64,000 nucleotides of DNA from Candidatus Bathyarchaeota archaeon (GCA_963772455.1 CAVYXJ010000012.1:96001-160000), one strand, 5' to 3'; positions 10,349 through 20,922 are shown, counted from the stretch's first letter. A program made the numbers and translations. Notes: generated by a model not told the origin, from the letters alone.

Positions 10349-11158
10349 ATGGGATGTATAAACAAGGGTTTCTCTTTACTTCTTGTCGTTATCTTAGCGG
10401 TCTCAAGCCTAATGATGGTTGAATCTGCGTTTGCTCAGTCAATACCTAAACCATCCGTACCAGAATTTACTGTAAAAGTTATTGATCGCTCTTACGATGA
10501 ACCAATAAGTTACTACACCGACCCATATACTGGAAAAACCAAAACTTATCAAGGCTATCACGTAGAGAACAAAACAATTGAAATTAAAATAAAAAACCAA
10601 CAATTCAACAATTATGATAGTGCAAGTGGAAAAACTCTAAGCCTATACTACAATATAAGTGCAAAAGGACACTTTGGCGATGATTGGATGTACTACCCTA
10701 AAAATAATCAAGCTTATTCAGCTTCTGGCTCGCCTTACACAACCCTTACTTTTCTTACTAGGGGGTCTTCAAATGGCGGTGACCTTATACCTGCACCATG
10801 GGGCGGTGATATAGACGTCCAAGTACAAGCTTTGATAGGCTATTATTACACCGAGTTTGTCCCAGACAAATTCTTTGGAAGCTATGTTACAAAGTTTGTT
10901 GGTCAAAAAAGCGAATGGAGTAATATACAAACAATAACCATACCTACTAGCTCTGTTTCTAACTCTACACCAAACCCGACATCATCAACGAATCCAACAA
11001 CAGCTCCAACTTCAACCCCAACTACAACTAACTTAACAGGCAATCCAATTTCTGTACCTTTGAATACATTAATCGTGGTTATTGCAATCTTTCTAGCGAT
11101 TATTGTTGTTTTGTCATTGCTGCTTTTCAGAAAGCATCAAAAAAACCCTCCAAAATAA
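10349..11158 (+). CDS. Secreted, C-terminally anchored surface protein (PKPSVPEFTVK type)
   Basis: Signal peptide, beta-rich domain, P/T/S linker, TM helix and RKH tail. Confidence 0.85.
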   Translation: MGCINKGFSLLLVVILAVSSLMMVESAFAQSIPKPSVPEFTVKVIDRSYDEPISYYTDPYTGKTKTYQGYHVENKTIEIKIKNQQFNNYDSASGKTLSLYYNISAKGHFGDDWMYYPKNNQAYSASGSPYTTLTFLTRGSSNGGDLIPAPWGGDIDVQVQALIGYYYTEFVPDKFFGSYVTKFVGQKSEWSNIQTITIPTSSVSNSTPNPTSSTNPTTAPTSTPTTTNLTGNPISVPLNTLIVVIAIFLAIIVVLSLLLFRKHQKNPPK

Positions 11159-11367
11159 ATCCTATGTTTTAAGAAGAAAGCATAAACTAAATTTGTAATG
11201 GAAACCTCGATAGACTTAACAATATTGCGAATATTCTTTCGCATAACAGCCTTATATTTTGCGAATTCTGTTTCACTAATAGCGTTGATGGCCTTCTCAA
11301 AAACGAATAAAGACCTTACAGTAACATCTCTAAACAACCCTAAAAAAAACATTGAGGTCAATTAAAA

Positions 11368-12318
11368 ATGCAAATAAGATCTTTCATCAAATCTCACCCA
11401 ATATCATTTATGATGATAGCTGCAACAATCGCAGTCGCTATTGCTTTACTTGCCGCACCGGCAGACTCAGCTTCTACAAATCTATGTAGTCCATGCCATC
11501 CAGGTTTGTTATCAACCACCTACAATCAGCAATTAGACATAGTTGAAGGAAACAGCCAAAACCAAATACCTACTAACATTCAAGTAGGCCAAACCCAAAC
11601 CGTCACAGTAGCTATCCAAAACATCAATGACGCTGCCAAGTACAATCAACTAACGAGTGTCGCGCTAACACTAAGTTCACAAAACGGACACTTTTCAGTA
11701 AATACACCAACCTTCAACATTGCCACCCTATCAACTGGCACATCAATAGCAACTTGGCAAATAACCGGAGTTTCAGCAGGACCAGATTCACTCTTAATTT
11801 CTGCATCGGCTTCAAATACTCACAACAACCTAAAGTTCTCAGACAGCTACTCGCCAAATCCATCCATAACTATTGTTTCAGCCCCAACTCCAACGCCAGT
11901 TCCAACCGCACTCCCAACAGCTACACCAACTCCTCAAATAACACCAAGCCCAACCCCAATACCTTCAGCAACTGATTCACCTACCCCAACTCCAACAGCC
12001 TCTTCAACTCAAACCCCAAACGCAACTCCAACTCCCTCAACAACAATGACACCTACACCCAGCCAAAACACAAATCCCACACCTACTCCAACCCCAAAAG
12101 CATCTCAAACAACTAGCTCAACCCCCGACCCCACACCAAAAACTCAGTCTGAATCAGATGACGAAACACAACCAAATAAAGAACAAGTTCCAAACCCTTC
12201 AACCCCAAAATCCCCCAGCCACTCAAAGCCCTGGGGCGATTTCCATCACCGATTCTACTTCTTCAATCATATGCATACATTATTCAGATGGTTTCCACAT
12301 TGGGGAGTTGGCTATTAA
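11368..12318 (+). CDS. Secreted protein with CxxCH heme-c motif, Ig-like domain and long PT linker
   Basis: Signal peptide, CSPCH, beta-rich domain, PT repeats, aromatic/His-rich tail. Confidence 0.75.
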   Translation: MQIRSFIKSHPISFMMIAATIAVAIALLAAPADSASTNLCSPCHPGLLSTTYNQQLDIVEGNSQNQIPTNIQVGQTQTVTVAIQNINDAAKYNQLTSVALTLSSQNGHFSVNTPTFNIATLSTGTSIATWQITGVSAGPDSLLISASASNTHNNLKFSDSYSPNPSITIVSAPTPTPVPTALPTATPTPQITPSPTPIPSATDSPTPTPTASSTQTPNATPTPSTTMTPTPSQNTNPTPTPTPKASQTTSSTPDPTPKTQSESDDETQPNKEQVPNPSTPKSPSHSKPWGDFHHRFYFFNHMHTLFRWFPHWGVGY

Positions 12319-12393
12319 CAACCCTTATTTTCTTTTAGATAAATGAAAAAAAGTTTCTACTTAATAAGAAATGAGAAGGAACTCTGGTTATTA

Positions 12394-12627
12394 TCAATCC
12401 TGTATTACCATAAGAGTCAGGGAGCTATTTACGCCAGCTATGGATTTAATTTGTGATCTAGTTATTTCCTTAATTTGGTCTATTGATCGAGCTTTAATTT
12501 TGATTAAAAGATCGTAAACCCCTAAGAGGGCGTGTGCTTCTTCAACACCATCTACAAGTTTTAGGCTTTCTAATATTTTATCTTGGGTACCTGAATCAGT
12601 ATTTAATAAAACAACTGCAGAAATCAT
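12394..12627 (-). CDS. Stand-alone Lrp/AsnC ligand-binding (RAM) domain protein
   Basis: GVEEAHALLGVYDLLIKI and I.GV..SLTL motifs; no HTH. Confidence 0.85.
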   Translation of the reverse strand: MISAVVLLNTDSGTQDKILESLKLVDGVEEAHALLGVYDLLIKIKARSIDQIKEITRSQIKSIAGVNSSLTLMVIQD

Positions 12628-12739
12628 ATCTTAATCCTCGCTATTTCGAGATTATCTTGAAACGGAATAATTAAGATGTGTTGTTGCGCAGGTGAAACCA
12701 CAAAGCGTTAACTATGCCAAAAAAAAGAAAAGATGTATT

Positions 12740-12913
12740 TTAGAGAGGTTCTGGTGCGCATAGGTTTTCTGCTTTGGCAGCTGTTCGCATGCAACCTTTG
12801 CAGATGTATTTCGCATCTTTAACAAGTGGCTTTATCTTTTCTATGGGTACTTTTTCCTCTACCATTTTGCAGAGGTGTTTTGCATGACCTGGATGAGGTT
12901 GATCTTTCGACAA
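12740..12913 (-). CDS. 57-aa Cys/His-rich metal-binding protein (not in the ORF track)
   Basis: Manual translation from TTG: MSKDQPHPGHAKHLCKMVEEKVPIEKIKPLVKDAKYICKGCMRTAAKAENLCAPEPL; AGGTG SD upstream. Confidence 0.75.
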   Translation of the reverse strand: MSKDQPHPGHAKHLCKMVEEKVPIEKIKPLVKDAKYICKGCMRTAAKAENLCAPEPL

Positions 12914-13043
12914 AATTTACACCTAAACAAATAGAGCAGCAATACTACATATAGAGATGTGATTGCCCAGTCACACCCACAGGAATTTTGTAGGAATCTG
13001 TTTTTTCCTTAGAAGGGAAATCTTTCGAAATGTTATAGGTGAA

Positions 13044-13313
13044 TTACTTTAGAATTAGGTGACCTGTGTGGTTTGATTTAGGCTTGTAAACTATAATTTG
13101 ATTTTGTTCTTCCACTACCGCTAAATCATGTTTCTTTGTAATTCCTTTAATGTATTGCCTGCAATCATTGTCCATAATTGCTTTTATTCTAATTTTGTAG
13201 CCAGTCGATAGCGCATCTTCGGGGATTGGCTCCAATAGAATAAATGAATTTGAATCTAATTTGCATTCAGATAATAATGTCTTAAGGAACGTGCTTGCTT
13301 CTTGTTTGTTCAT
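13044..13313 (-). CDS. Hypothetical protein
   Basis: 89-aa ORF with protein-like composition. Confidence 0.6.
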   Translation of the reverse strand: MNKQEASTFLKTLLSECKLDSNSFILLEPIPEDALSTGYKIRIKAIMDNDCRQYIKGITKKHDLAVVEEQNQIIVYKPKSNHTGHLILK

Positions 13314-13815
13314 TAGAAAACGCTCAAAGTCAATAGTAGCGATAATAACTTAAAGATTTGGGATGTAAACCTGCGCGGAATAAAATTTATGACTTGACAG
13401 ATTAGAACGGACTTCCTTGACCGCAAGGTAAAACACAAAAAATAGAACTATAACTCCCAACCTACATCCCATCCTGCATCCAGAAATTAAAGAAATAATC
13501 TGCAACAAAAGAAAAGAAGGCTGGAATGTGTATTCGCTGGATACCACAAGAATTGTTAGAGTCCTATGTTCTTTTGACTGTAATAACAATATTTTCAGCG
13601 TCATCTTTTCTTGTAGAAGGTTTGCGATTAAGAAAAAAGATGAAGAACTAAACCTTTTTTGGTTAAACATAGTCTGATAAGCCAAGTAATTTCATTAATT
13701 CCTCTTCTGTAGCTGTCTGAAGAAAAGTATCTATGTTTTTTTGTCTAACGTGTTAGCGCTTGAGTATAACTTAAAACAATGTTGTCTTAAAATGAAGCAA
13801 CAAGCTTATGTAAAA

Positions 13816-14340
13816 TTAAATTATCTTAAATCCATGCAGAACATGTATCAAAATGATAAGATAAAACACCATAACCAAACTCGCGTGAATAAATTTTACA
13901 GTCTTTAAACTAATCGTTCTATCGCCTATTTTTCTTTGAGATGCAAATCGTTGAGTAAAACCAAAGGCTATTTGCAGGCTCATAGCGCCAAACATTGCAA
14001 GACCAGTGCCTAAATCTGGAAGGGTGGACCTTGATATTTGAGAGGAAAAATGATAAACTATTAAGGTAAAGAAGACTAGATTGCCAATAATGTGGAAACG
14101 TATAATTTTCGTCCAAGAAGCAGGATAAGAACGTTTCATCACAGTAAACAGAGGAGTCGCTACTGCAATTCCAATTGTTCCAATAATTGAGAGCATATGC
14201 GAAAAACGCATGTTTAAAATGACCATGTTGACTATAAGAGTATGATTATAAATTATAGCTGACAAAGCGATTGCAACTATTATAATTGATAAAGCACTCA
14301 AAAAATCGATATGCTTACCAATATTCATAAAACTCTCCAA
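13816..14340 (-). CDS. Multi-TM His-containing membrane protein, cytochrome b-like
   Basis: About 5 TM helices with His in the helices (FSH, RFH, YH, IH, HVLH). Confidence 0.6.
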   Translation of the reverse strand: MESFMNIGKHIDFLSALSIIIVAIALSAIIYNHTLIVNMVILNMRFSHMLSIIGTIGIAVATPLFTVMKRSYPASWTKIIRFHIIGNLVFFTLIVYHFSSQISRSTLPDLGTGLAMFGAMSLQIAFGFTQRFASQRKIGDRTISLKTVKFIHASLVMVFYLIILIHVLHGFKII

Positions 14341-14513
14341 ATATTGATAACCTGACTAGCTATTTAAAACAATGTTATAATTGCTTGTGCCAGTCGTTTA
14401 CCAATGAGCCATGCAGCCCCAACATGATCAATTTGTTTGACAATTACGGAAAAAATTCATTAGAAACTCTATGTTAACTTAATGTTTAGAAGCTATTTTC
14501 AGAAGGTTAGAAA

Positions 14514-15254
14514 ATGAGTGAAACTATTGGAGACGATTATCAAACAAAGACAAAATACTTACGCAACAAAAGCCTTGGAGGCAACCTCGACTGGACAAAT
14601 AAGCCTGAAATCTACAAAAACTACCCTTCCAGCAAAACCATACTGCTATCAAGTCAATTCCAAGAATCAACTATTAGCTTTGCTCAAATTCTCAAAAAAC
14701 GAAAAAGCATACGAACCTTCTCAGCGAAACCTTTAAGCAAAGTTGATTTAGCTTTTCTTCTTTGGACCTCAACTGGCATCCAAAGAACCGAACATGGCTA
14801 CGAGTTTCGTACCTCCCCGTCAGCTGGCGCATTATACCCAATTGAAACCTACATAGCTGCGAATAATGTAGAAGATATCGAGAAAGGACTTTATCACTAC
14901 AATATAAAGAACCATTTGTTGGAAGAAATAGAACTTGGAAACTTTGGCGACAAATTAGCTCACGCAGCCTTGGACCAACAGATGTGTGCAGACGCATCAG
15001 TTATCTTTATTTGGACAGCTATTTTTAGAAGATCAAAATGGAAATATTCACAAAGAGCCTACAGATACATCTACTTAGATGCTGGACACATAGCACAAAA
15101 CCTATCCTTGGCTGCAACAACCAACAACTTAGGATCCTGTGAATGCGGAGCTTTTTTCGATGAAGAACTAAATTCAATCATAGGTATAGATGGAACTAAC
15201 GAGAGCACAATTTGTCTTAGCGTAGTTGGACACCCAAAATTCCCTCAAGAATGA
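14514..15254 (+). CDS. SagB/ThcOx-type nitroreductase family protein
   Basis: RKSIR, RTSPSAGALYPIE, RAYRYIYLDAGHIAQN. Confidence 0.92.
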   Translation: MSETIGDDYQTKTKYLRNKSLGGNLDWTNKPEIYKNYPSSKTILLSSQFQESTISFAQILKKRKSIRTFSAKPLSKVDLAFLLWTSTGIQRTEHGYEFRTSPSAGALYPIETYIAANNVEDIEKGLYHYNIKNHLLEEIELGNFGDKLAHAALDQQMCADASVIFIWTAIFRRSKWKYSQRAYRYIYLDAGHIAQNLSLAATTNNLGSCECGAFFDEELNSIIGIDGTNESTICLSVVGHPKFPQE

Positions 15255-15298
15255 CATTTCAATATTTTCTGATGTTTTTACTACGTAGAGGAATTTCC

Positions 15299-15508
15299 TT
15301 AAGAATCAAAATTCATACGTAGAAACCTATGTTTGCATTTATTGTCTTTACAGCCAAATAATAGTAAGTTAGGATTTCCAAGGTTGGTTGTCAAGATTTC
15401 AGTTTTTGAATTACAGTTTTCACATCGTTCGGCTCGAACTTGATCGTTTGATAATTTGCCTTTGAGTAGTAAAACACTCCAAGATTTCTCTTTGAACGAA
15501 TTATACAA
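15299..15508 (-). CDS. Small putative Zn-finger protein
   Basis: CENC and CKDNKC. Confidence 0.45.
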   Translation of the reverse strand: MYNSFKEKSWSVLLLKGKLSNDQVRAERCENCNSKTEILTTNLGNPNLLLFGCKDNKCKHRFLRMNFDS

Positions 15509-15823
15509 AATAAATTATCCTTCTGGAAAAATTTACCAATTTAGAACGTATTTTTCCAATTCAAAATAAACGTTTGCTACTTAAATTTATTTGTGATTGT
15601 ATACAATCAACAACAATTAATGGGAATATAATTCATCAAGTAAGCGGTAACTGTATCAAATAATCATATGTGACCTTAAAACCGTTATTGATTATATTAA
15701 ATATTAAATTTTAAAAGGCAAGGTTCTGTTTTCAAGTATTTATTTTAGATAAGTAGGTTGCTTTCATAAGTTAGTTAAATACCATCAGCCTTCTGGTTTG
15801 TCAATGAATTGGGAGGAAAATGT

Positions 15824-16003
15824 ATGAAACAATTTGCCGAAAAAGATAGAAAAGAATTAGAAGCAAAATTAGCAAACGTTTTTGATGACGAAATCAATAG
15901 TTTGTCGACAGAATTGCGTGAAATACTCCTAGATGACATGGTTACAGCCCTCGAAAATAGATTAAATGTGTTAAACAAAGCTACAAGAAAGAGCGCCAAT
16001 TAA
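15824..16003 (+). CDS. Small helical hypothetical protein
   Basis: GGAGG SD before ATG 15824; amphipathic helices. Confidence 0.65.
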   Translation: MKQFAEKDRKELEAKLANVFDDEINSLSTELREILLDDMVTALENRLNVLNKATRKSAN

Positions 16004-16091
16004 TGGCTAACATGGTCAAAACCGCTAATTATCAATACATAAATCATTTATAATAAAACGAATCATTTACACAAAAAAGAGGAATACAAAA

Positions 16092-16385
16092 GTGCGTCGG
16101 TCAAAACTTGAAATGTATGTCGATATCTTAACAGTGCTTTCCCATCGAGGACCTCTTAAGTTGACTCATATTATGTATAAAGCAAATGTTAACTGCAGCG
16201 TCCTCAAAGAATACTTAGAGTTTCTTATAAAACAAAGCTTGGTTGAAGAACGCACCGTTGGAAAGGCTCGCGTGGTTTTCGCGGTTACGCAACGCGGCAT
16301 TACGGTATTAAAGTACTTCAAGGAATTAAAAGAAGTCTTGCCTATTGTAGAGGAAGCAAGAAACCAAACTCCAATTCTCTACTAA
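16092..16385 (+). CDS. Winged helix-turn-helix transcription regulator
   Basis: RRSKLE...DIL, THIMYKAN and T.RG motifs. Confidence 0.88.
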   Translation: MRRSKLEMYVDILTVLSHRGPLKLTHIMYKANVNCSVLKEYLEFLIKQSLVEERTVGKARVVFAVTQRGITVLKYFKELKEVLPIVEEARNQTPILY

Positions 16386-16579
16386 CCCAGGTTTAATTTT
16401 TTTAAACCTCATTATTCTTTAATCAAATATTTTTTTTCTTTTATTGTATTTAGGTTTTGTTCAGTTTGTACGTTTTTAGTTAGTTAGCCAAAATCAGTAC
16501 TGCAATGTCGCAAGACTTAATAAACTCACGAGCTTAAATTAACGAAGTGTACACACGAAATACAACTCGGGGATAACGA

Positions 16580-16975
16580 TTGATTAAAAACGAACATTCA
16601 AATAAAAAACCTTCAACGATTTTAGAAAAAATAGAAGAAACCCTCGAGAGGCTCAATGACAAAGTGGAAATAATGATCGAAATCCAAAAAAACGGCAACG
16701 GAAACTCCAACTATCAAAAAACATCCCTTCCATCATTACCTGAAGCATCACTAGACGTAATGACACTTCTATCCATGCCTGACCACTTACGAAAAACAGC
16801 AATGTCAATTTGCAGATGCACCCGAGCAACTGCTGAAGAGATCTCTGAACAAACTAAACGAGCTCGAGCTGTGGAAAGTGCATATCTTAATCAATTAGTT
16901 ACAATGGGATACTTAAAGAAAGAACGAAAAGGTAGGAAAGCATACTTTTTTATAGAAAGGGAAATTCAGAGTTGA
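16580..16975 (+). CDS. Coiled-coil plus winged-HTH DNA-binding protein
   Basis: ATAEEIS..TKRARAVESAYLNQLV.MGYL..ERKGRK.YF. Confidence 0.8.
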   Translation: MIKNEHSNKKPSTILEKIEETLERLNDKVEIMIEIQKNGNGNSNYQKTSLPSLPEASLDVMTLLSMPDHLRKTAMSICRCTRATAEEISEQTKRARAVESAYLNQLVTMGYLKKERKGRKAYFFIEREIQS

Positions 16976-16979
16976 AAAT

Positions 16980-17759
16980 ATGAGCAAAATTGTTGCAGTT
17001 CATTCATACAAAGGTGGAACGGGAAAAACCCTACTCTCAGTCAATTTGGCAGCTACATTTGCTAAGATGGGCAAAAAAGTTTGCATCTTTGACCTTGACT
17101 TTCGAGCTCCAAGCTTATTTGCAATCCTCAAAACCCCTAACACTGATTTCTGGTTCAATGATTACTTAAATAACACATGCGAAATCGACAAAACTCTAAT
17201 AGATTTAAGTAACAGGGTACCTGGAAACGGCAAATTCTTCACTGGGTTAGCAAATCCTTCAACAGAAGCAATACGAGACATATCATCAAAAGATCGCAAA
17301 TGGGAAATGCGTGCTTTAGGCCGCCTCCTAGCGCTTAGAGAATCAATGCTCAAAGAACAGAAATTTGACTACTTATTCTTTGATACAAGTCCTGGTCTAC
17401 AGTATTCATCAATTAACGCCATTGTAGCAGCTGACTTCGTGGTCGTGGCAACAACGGGAGATAGATCAGACGTTGACGGAACAAAACGCATGCTAGCTGA
17501 ACTATACAACTTATTCGAAAAGAAGACAGGCTTAGTCTTAAACAAAGTACTTGACACCTCCTTAGCTGCAAAGAAAACTGAAATGCAAAACAAAATTAAA
17601 AATGATTATCAAGTACCAATGCTTGGAATGGTGCCATGCTTCTGCGAAATTCTTAGAGCAGAAGGAAACCTGATTTTCGTCCAAGATAAACCAGACCATC
17701 CATTCACCAAGATTTTAGCTGAAATGGCTAGAAAAATAGACGATAACGAAGTAAACTAG
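16980..17759 (+). CDS. MinD/ParA family ATPase
   Basis: Deviant Walker A KGGTGKT, DLD, DTSPG, LVLNK. Confidence 0.92.
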   Translation: MSKIVAVHSYKGGTGKTLLSVNLAATFAKMGKKVCIFDLDFRAPSLFAILKTPNTDFWFNDYLNNTCEIDKTLIDLSNRVPGNGKFFTGLANPSTEAIRDISSKDRKWEMRALGRLLALRESMLKEQKFDYLFFDTSPGLQYSSINAIVAADFVVVATTGDRSDVDGTKRMLAELYNLFEKKTGLVLNKVLDTSLAAKKTEMQNKIKNDYQVPMLGMVPCFCEILRAEGNLIFVQDKPDHPFTKILAEMARKIDDNEVN

Positions 17760-17838
17760 CCTAATCATTTTATTTTTTTTACGAAAAAGCTTAAACTATA
17801 CGGCACGTGCTAGAATTTTGTAATTGGAGTTGAATTAA

Positions 17839-18498
17839 TTGAATAGATCAGCGATTATTTTGGCAAACGGTTCTTCAAAAGGATTCACAAGCGATAAAGG
17901 CATTTTAGAATTGGAAGGAAAACCTTTGCTTAACCATGTAATTGATGCTGTTGAAGGGCTTGTTGAAGAAATAATCGTTGTTACAAGTTCTCAAGACCAA
18001 GCAGATTCTTATTCAAACTTGGTTTCTTCTAACAAAGTCAAGTACGTCGTTAATGTTTCCAAACCCCAAGGAGCTTTAGTTGGTGCGTTAACAGGTTTTG
18101 AAGCGGCTAGTGGCGAATACTCTGCGCTATTAAGGTTTGATAATCCGTATATTTCCTCAGAAATCTTGTCTTTGCTTTTGGATTGTTGCATTGGGAAAGC
18201 AGCGGCTGTTCCAAGATGGACAGACCAAGAGATTGAACCCTTACACGCTGTTTATAACACAAAACAAGCAATTCAAGCGACAAAAGAAGCGTTGGCTGAA
18301 GATGGATCTGATATGCAAACTATGGTGGAGAAGTTGCGTGGAGTCCGCTATATTTCCACGATGGTGATTGAACAATTGGATCCTGATTTTAAGACCTTCT
18401 TTTACATAAACACACCTTTGGATCTTAGGAAGGCGGCTGTAATGGGTAAACCAAGAAAAACTTCAAAGACAAAGCAAACCAACATCAAAAAACGATAA
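17839..18498 (+). CDS. mobA: MobA-like molybdenum cofactor guanylyltransferase (divergent)
   Basis: ILA.G.S...DKG.L, EPLHAVY, INTP.DL. Confidence 0.8.
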   Translation: MNRSAIILANGSSKGFTSDKGILELEGKPLLNHVIDAVEGLVEEIIVVTSSQDQADSYSNLVSSNKVKYVVNVSKPQGALVGALTGFEAASGEYSALLRFDNPYISSEILSLLLDCCIGKAAAVPRWTDQEIEPLHAVYNTKQAIQATKEALAEDGSDMQTMVEKLRGVRYISTMVIEQLDPDFKTFFYINTPLDLRKAAVMGKPRKTSKTKQTNIKKR

Positions 18499-18803
18499 AC
18501 TTTTAAAGACTTTTCAAGATGGAGCATTAACTACATCTGCTTTCTCAATGAGACTTTACAGGTCAACAGCGATCTTCAATGGGGCTTTGCCTTTTAGAAA
18601 TGGCGTATAAAGTATAAACAAAAGAAATAAGAGAACGGTTAAAATTAACGCTGCCTAAGTCAAGCCTACTTTCACTTACAAAACTTCATATCGCCATTTG
18701 TAATTATTTTGTTGCAACTAACGTCGCATTTTAGCTTTATTGCTTCTGACATTTCTTTTAACCTTTATAACTTGTTTCCTGATCTATTTTAGACAATTTA
18801 AAC

Positions 18804-19715
18804 TTGGAAAGATCGAGAATGGTCACCTTAATTGGTTTAATTAGAACATTTATCGTATTGAATAATCCCTTTGCAGGCTTGCCGTATGAAAATAGGAAAG
18901 TACTAAAATTTAGAAGTGGCTGGCAACTGAACCTAACATATTCACAGTTCAGAGACTTTAGAGACAGCTATAGTGCTCTTAAAAATTATCGCGTTGAACA
19001 GGTGAACGAAAATCATTTTCAAGTCGATTTTAAGGTTTTCAAAATTATCAAGCAATCAAAAATCATTTGTTCAATCGCTGATCTATTAAAAAAACATCAA
19101 ATCAGCCAGATTGAAGAAGATGTATTTAGAATTAAAGGTGACAAGTTTGAACTAGAAGGCACATCTTACATGTTTCTTGTATTAGCAGAACAACTAAAAG
19201 GAGACTACAAGGGCAATTATAACGACAAAGTAGTATTGGATGTTGGCGGTTTTCAAGGAGAAACAGCTGTTCTATTTTCATTAGCAGGAGCAAAAAAAGT
19301 CATTATTTACGAGCCAGTACCAGAAAATCATAGATTCATTAAAAAAAATGTTGAGCTAAACCATGTTAATGCAGAAATCCATGAAGCAGGGATAGGCTGT
19401 GAAGATACTATCATTAAGGTAAACCCTGAACAAGCCGACGATAACTTTGGATTTTCCCCAACGAACCAAAAATTTGACATGAAAATAAATAGCATATCTC
19501 AGATTATATCTTCAAGCGAAGCCGATGTAGCTAAAATTGATTGTGAAGGTGCAGAAATATGTTTAAAGACTGTAACAAAAGAAGTTTTAGAAAAGATTCC
19601 ATGCTACATTATTGAACTTCATGGAGAAGAGGTTAGAAATGAACTGACTGAAAAATTTCTTTCAGCAGGATTTAGAATCACAAACACAAAAAATAGCAGT
19701 TTAATTTGTCAGTAA
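18804..19715 (+). CDS. FkbM family methyltransferase
   Basis: VLDVGGFQGE, YEP, KIDCEGAE, IIELH. Confidence 0.88.
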   Translation: MERSRMVTLIGLIRTFIVLNNPFAGLPYENRKVLKFRSGWQLNLTYSQFRDFRDSYSALKNYRVEQVNENHFQVDFKVFKIIKQSKIICSIADLLKKHQISQIEEDVFRIKGDKFELEGTSYMFLVLAEQLKGDYKGNYNDKVVLDVGGFQGETAVLFSLAGAKKVIIYEPVPENHRFIKKNVELNHVNAEIHEAGIGCEDTIIKVNPEQADDNFGFSPTNQKFDMKINSISQIISSSEADVAKIDCEGAEICLKTVTKEVLEKIPCYIIELHGEEVRNELTEKFLSAGFRITNTKNSSLICQ

Positions 19716-19776
19716 TTACTTTTCTAAAACAAGGAGACAAAACATAACTTATTAAAAACAACATAAATACGAGAAA

Positions 19777-20793
19777 TTAGATAGGTGGCTTAGCGATTTT
19801 TTTGTTTTTTAACGTTTTAATCCACACCTTGAACTCAGCAGACGGCGGATGGTCGCGGTAAAGCTGTTTTCTCTTAGATTCCAAAAACATATTTTCCTTG
19901 CCAACATATTCAGCAGCGGTTAAAATTCTGTGCTCTGACCTTGAAGCTTTCTGGAAAACAGATTCAATTTTTTGTTTCCATCCTTCATCCCGAAGGGCAT
20001 GATGTTCCAAAATAACCAAGGGCACCTCTTGAACAACCTGTTCTAGATTCCGAAGTCCCTGCTCTATTTGCGCCATTTCCACGCGAAAACCTCCAAGATA
20101 AAGCGGTGGACCACCTATCATAATAACAGTAGGCTTGGCAGCTAAAATCAACTCCAAGGTATGCTTGGACATCGGTCCTTGAATGTCGGGAGCAAACATA
20201 AATCGTTCTTCATCGTGCTCAACTAACGTCATTATTACCCAGCCTAATGTCGAATCCTCAGTTCCATGAACTACAGCTTCAGAGAAACGCAAAGAGGTCT
20301 TTCCATAATTGAAGATTCGATTGTCTGCCATTTCCAGTACTTTGGCATGTTTGCCTCCTGTTTTCTGAAACATCCAAGCTCGTTTACGCTGATTTGCATC
20401 AATTTTTTCCTTTGAATTCTTAGCGAGAACGATTTTGTCTTGGTAGATTTGACGTGCGGTTTCACTATCTTCAGTCCAATTTACAACCCAGTCCTCGAAA
20501 GAGGGAGTGTGATGGTCGAAGTGGTAGTGGCTAATTGTTGTAATTGAGGCTTTATCGGCGGCTTCTGCAATTTTTTTTCGTAGAAAAGCGATTGTTTGGA
20601 ACTCGATTGGATGAGGTGGCAGGTTGAAGCGATACGGTGAAAGCGAGATGCCAGCATCCAAAAGTAAAGTTACATCTGGGGTTTCAACCAGAGTACACAT
20701 TGAGCGAACCCCGAAACTTTCTGAAGCCAACGGCGTAATTTGAATTGAGTTTAACAGATTCTTACGGTCGGTTTTTTCTGGTTCATGCGTCAC
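19777..20793 (-). CDS. Metallo-beta-lactamase fold hydrolase (UPF0282-like)
   Basis: ASESFGVRSM, SHYHFDHH, DIQGP, EHHALRD. Confidence 0.88.
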   Translation of the reverse strand: MTHEPEKTDRKNLLNSIQITPLASESFGVRSMCTLVETPDVTLLLDAGISLSPYRFNLPPHPIEFQTIAFLRKKIAEAADKASITTISHYHFDHHTPSFEDWVVNWTEDSETARQIYQDKIVLAKNSKEKIDANQRKRAWMFQKTGGKHAKVLEMADNRIFNYGKTSLRFSEAVVHGTEDSTLGWVIMTLVEHDEERFMFAPDIQGPMSKHTLELILAAKPTVIMIGGPPLYLGGFRVEMAQIEQGLRNLEQVVQEVPLVILEHHALRDEGWKQKIESVFQKASRSEHRILTAAEYVGKENMFLESKRKQLYRDHPPSAEFKVWIKTLKNKKIAKPPI

Positions 20794-20922
20794 TTTGAGG
20801 AAACCTTGTTATTTTGTAATACTTAGCTGGTAAAATGGATTCCGTTGCAAGTTATTGTGTGATGACAGCCACAAACAATTAAGTTCTCAAAACAACAAGA
20901 ATAGTTTGTGTAGGCTGTTTTT

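Noticed and set aside
11880-12140. CCAAC/ACACC-rich repeats
   Set aside because: Explained by Pro/Thr linker coding
13350-13685. 111-aa minus-strand ORF
   Set aside because: No motif or SD; probably spurious or a decayed remnant
16504-16515. AATGTCGCAAGA shared with 50279-50290 (minus), both near TATA-like boxes
   Set aside because: A single 12-mer match is expected by chance in 64 kb and the spacing to TATA differs
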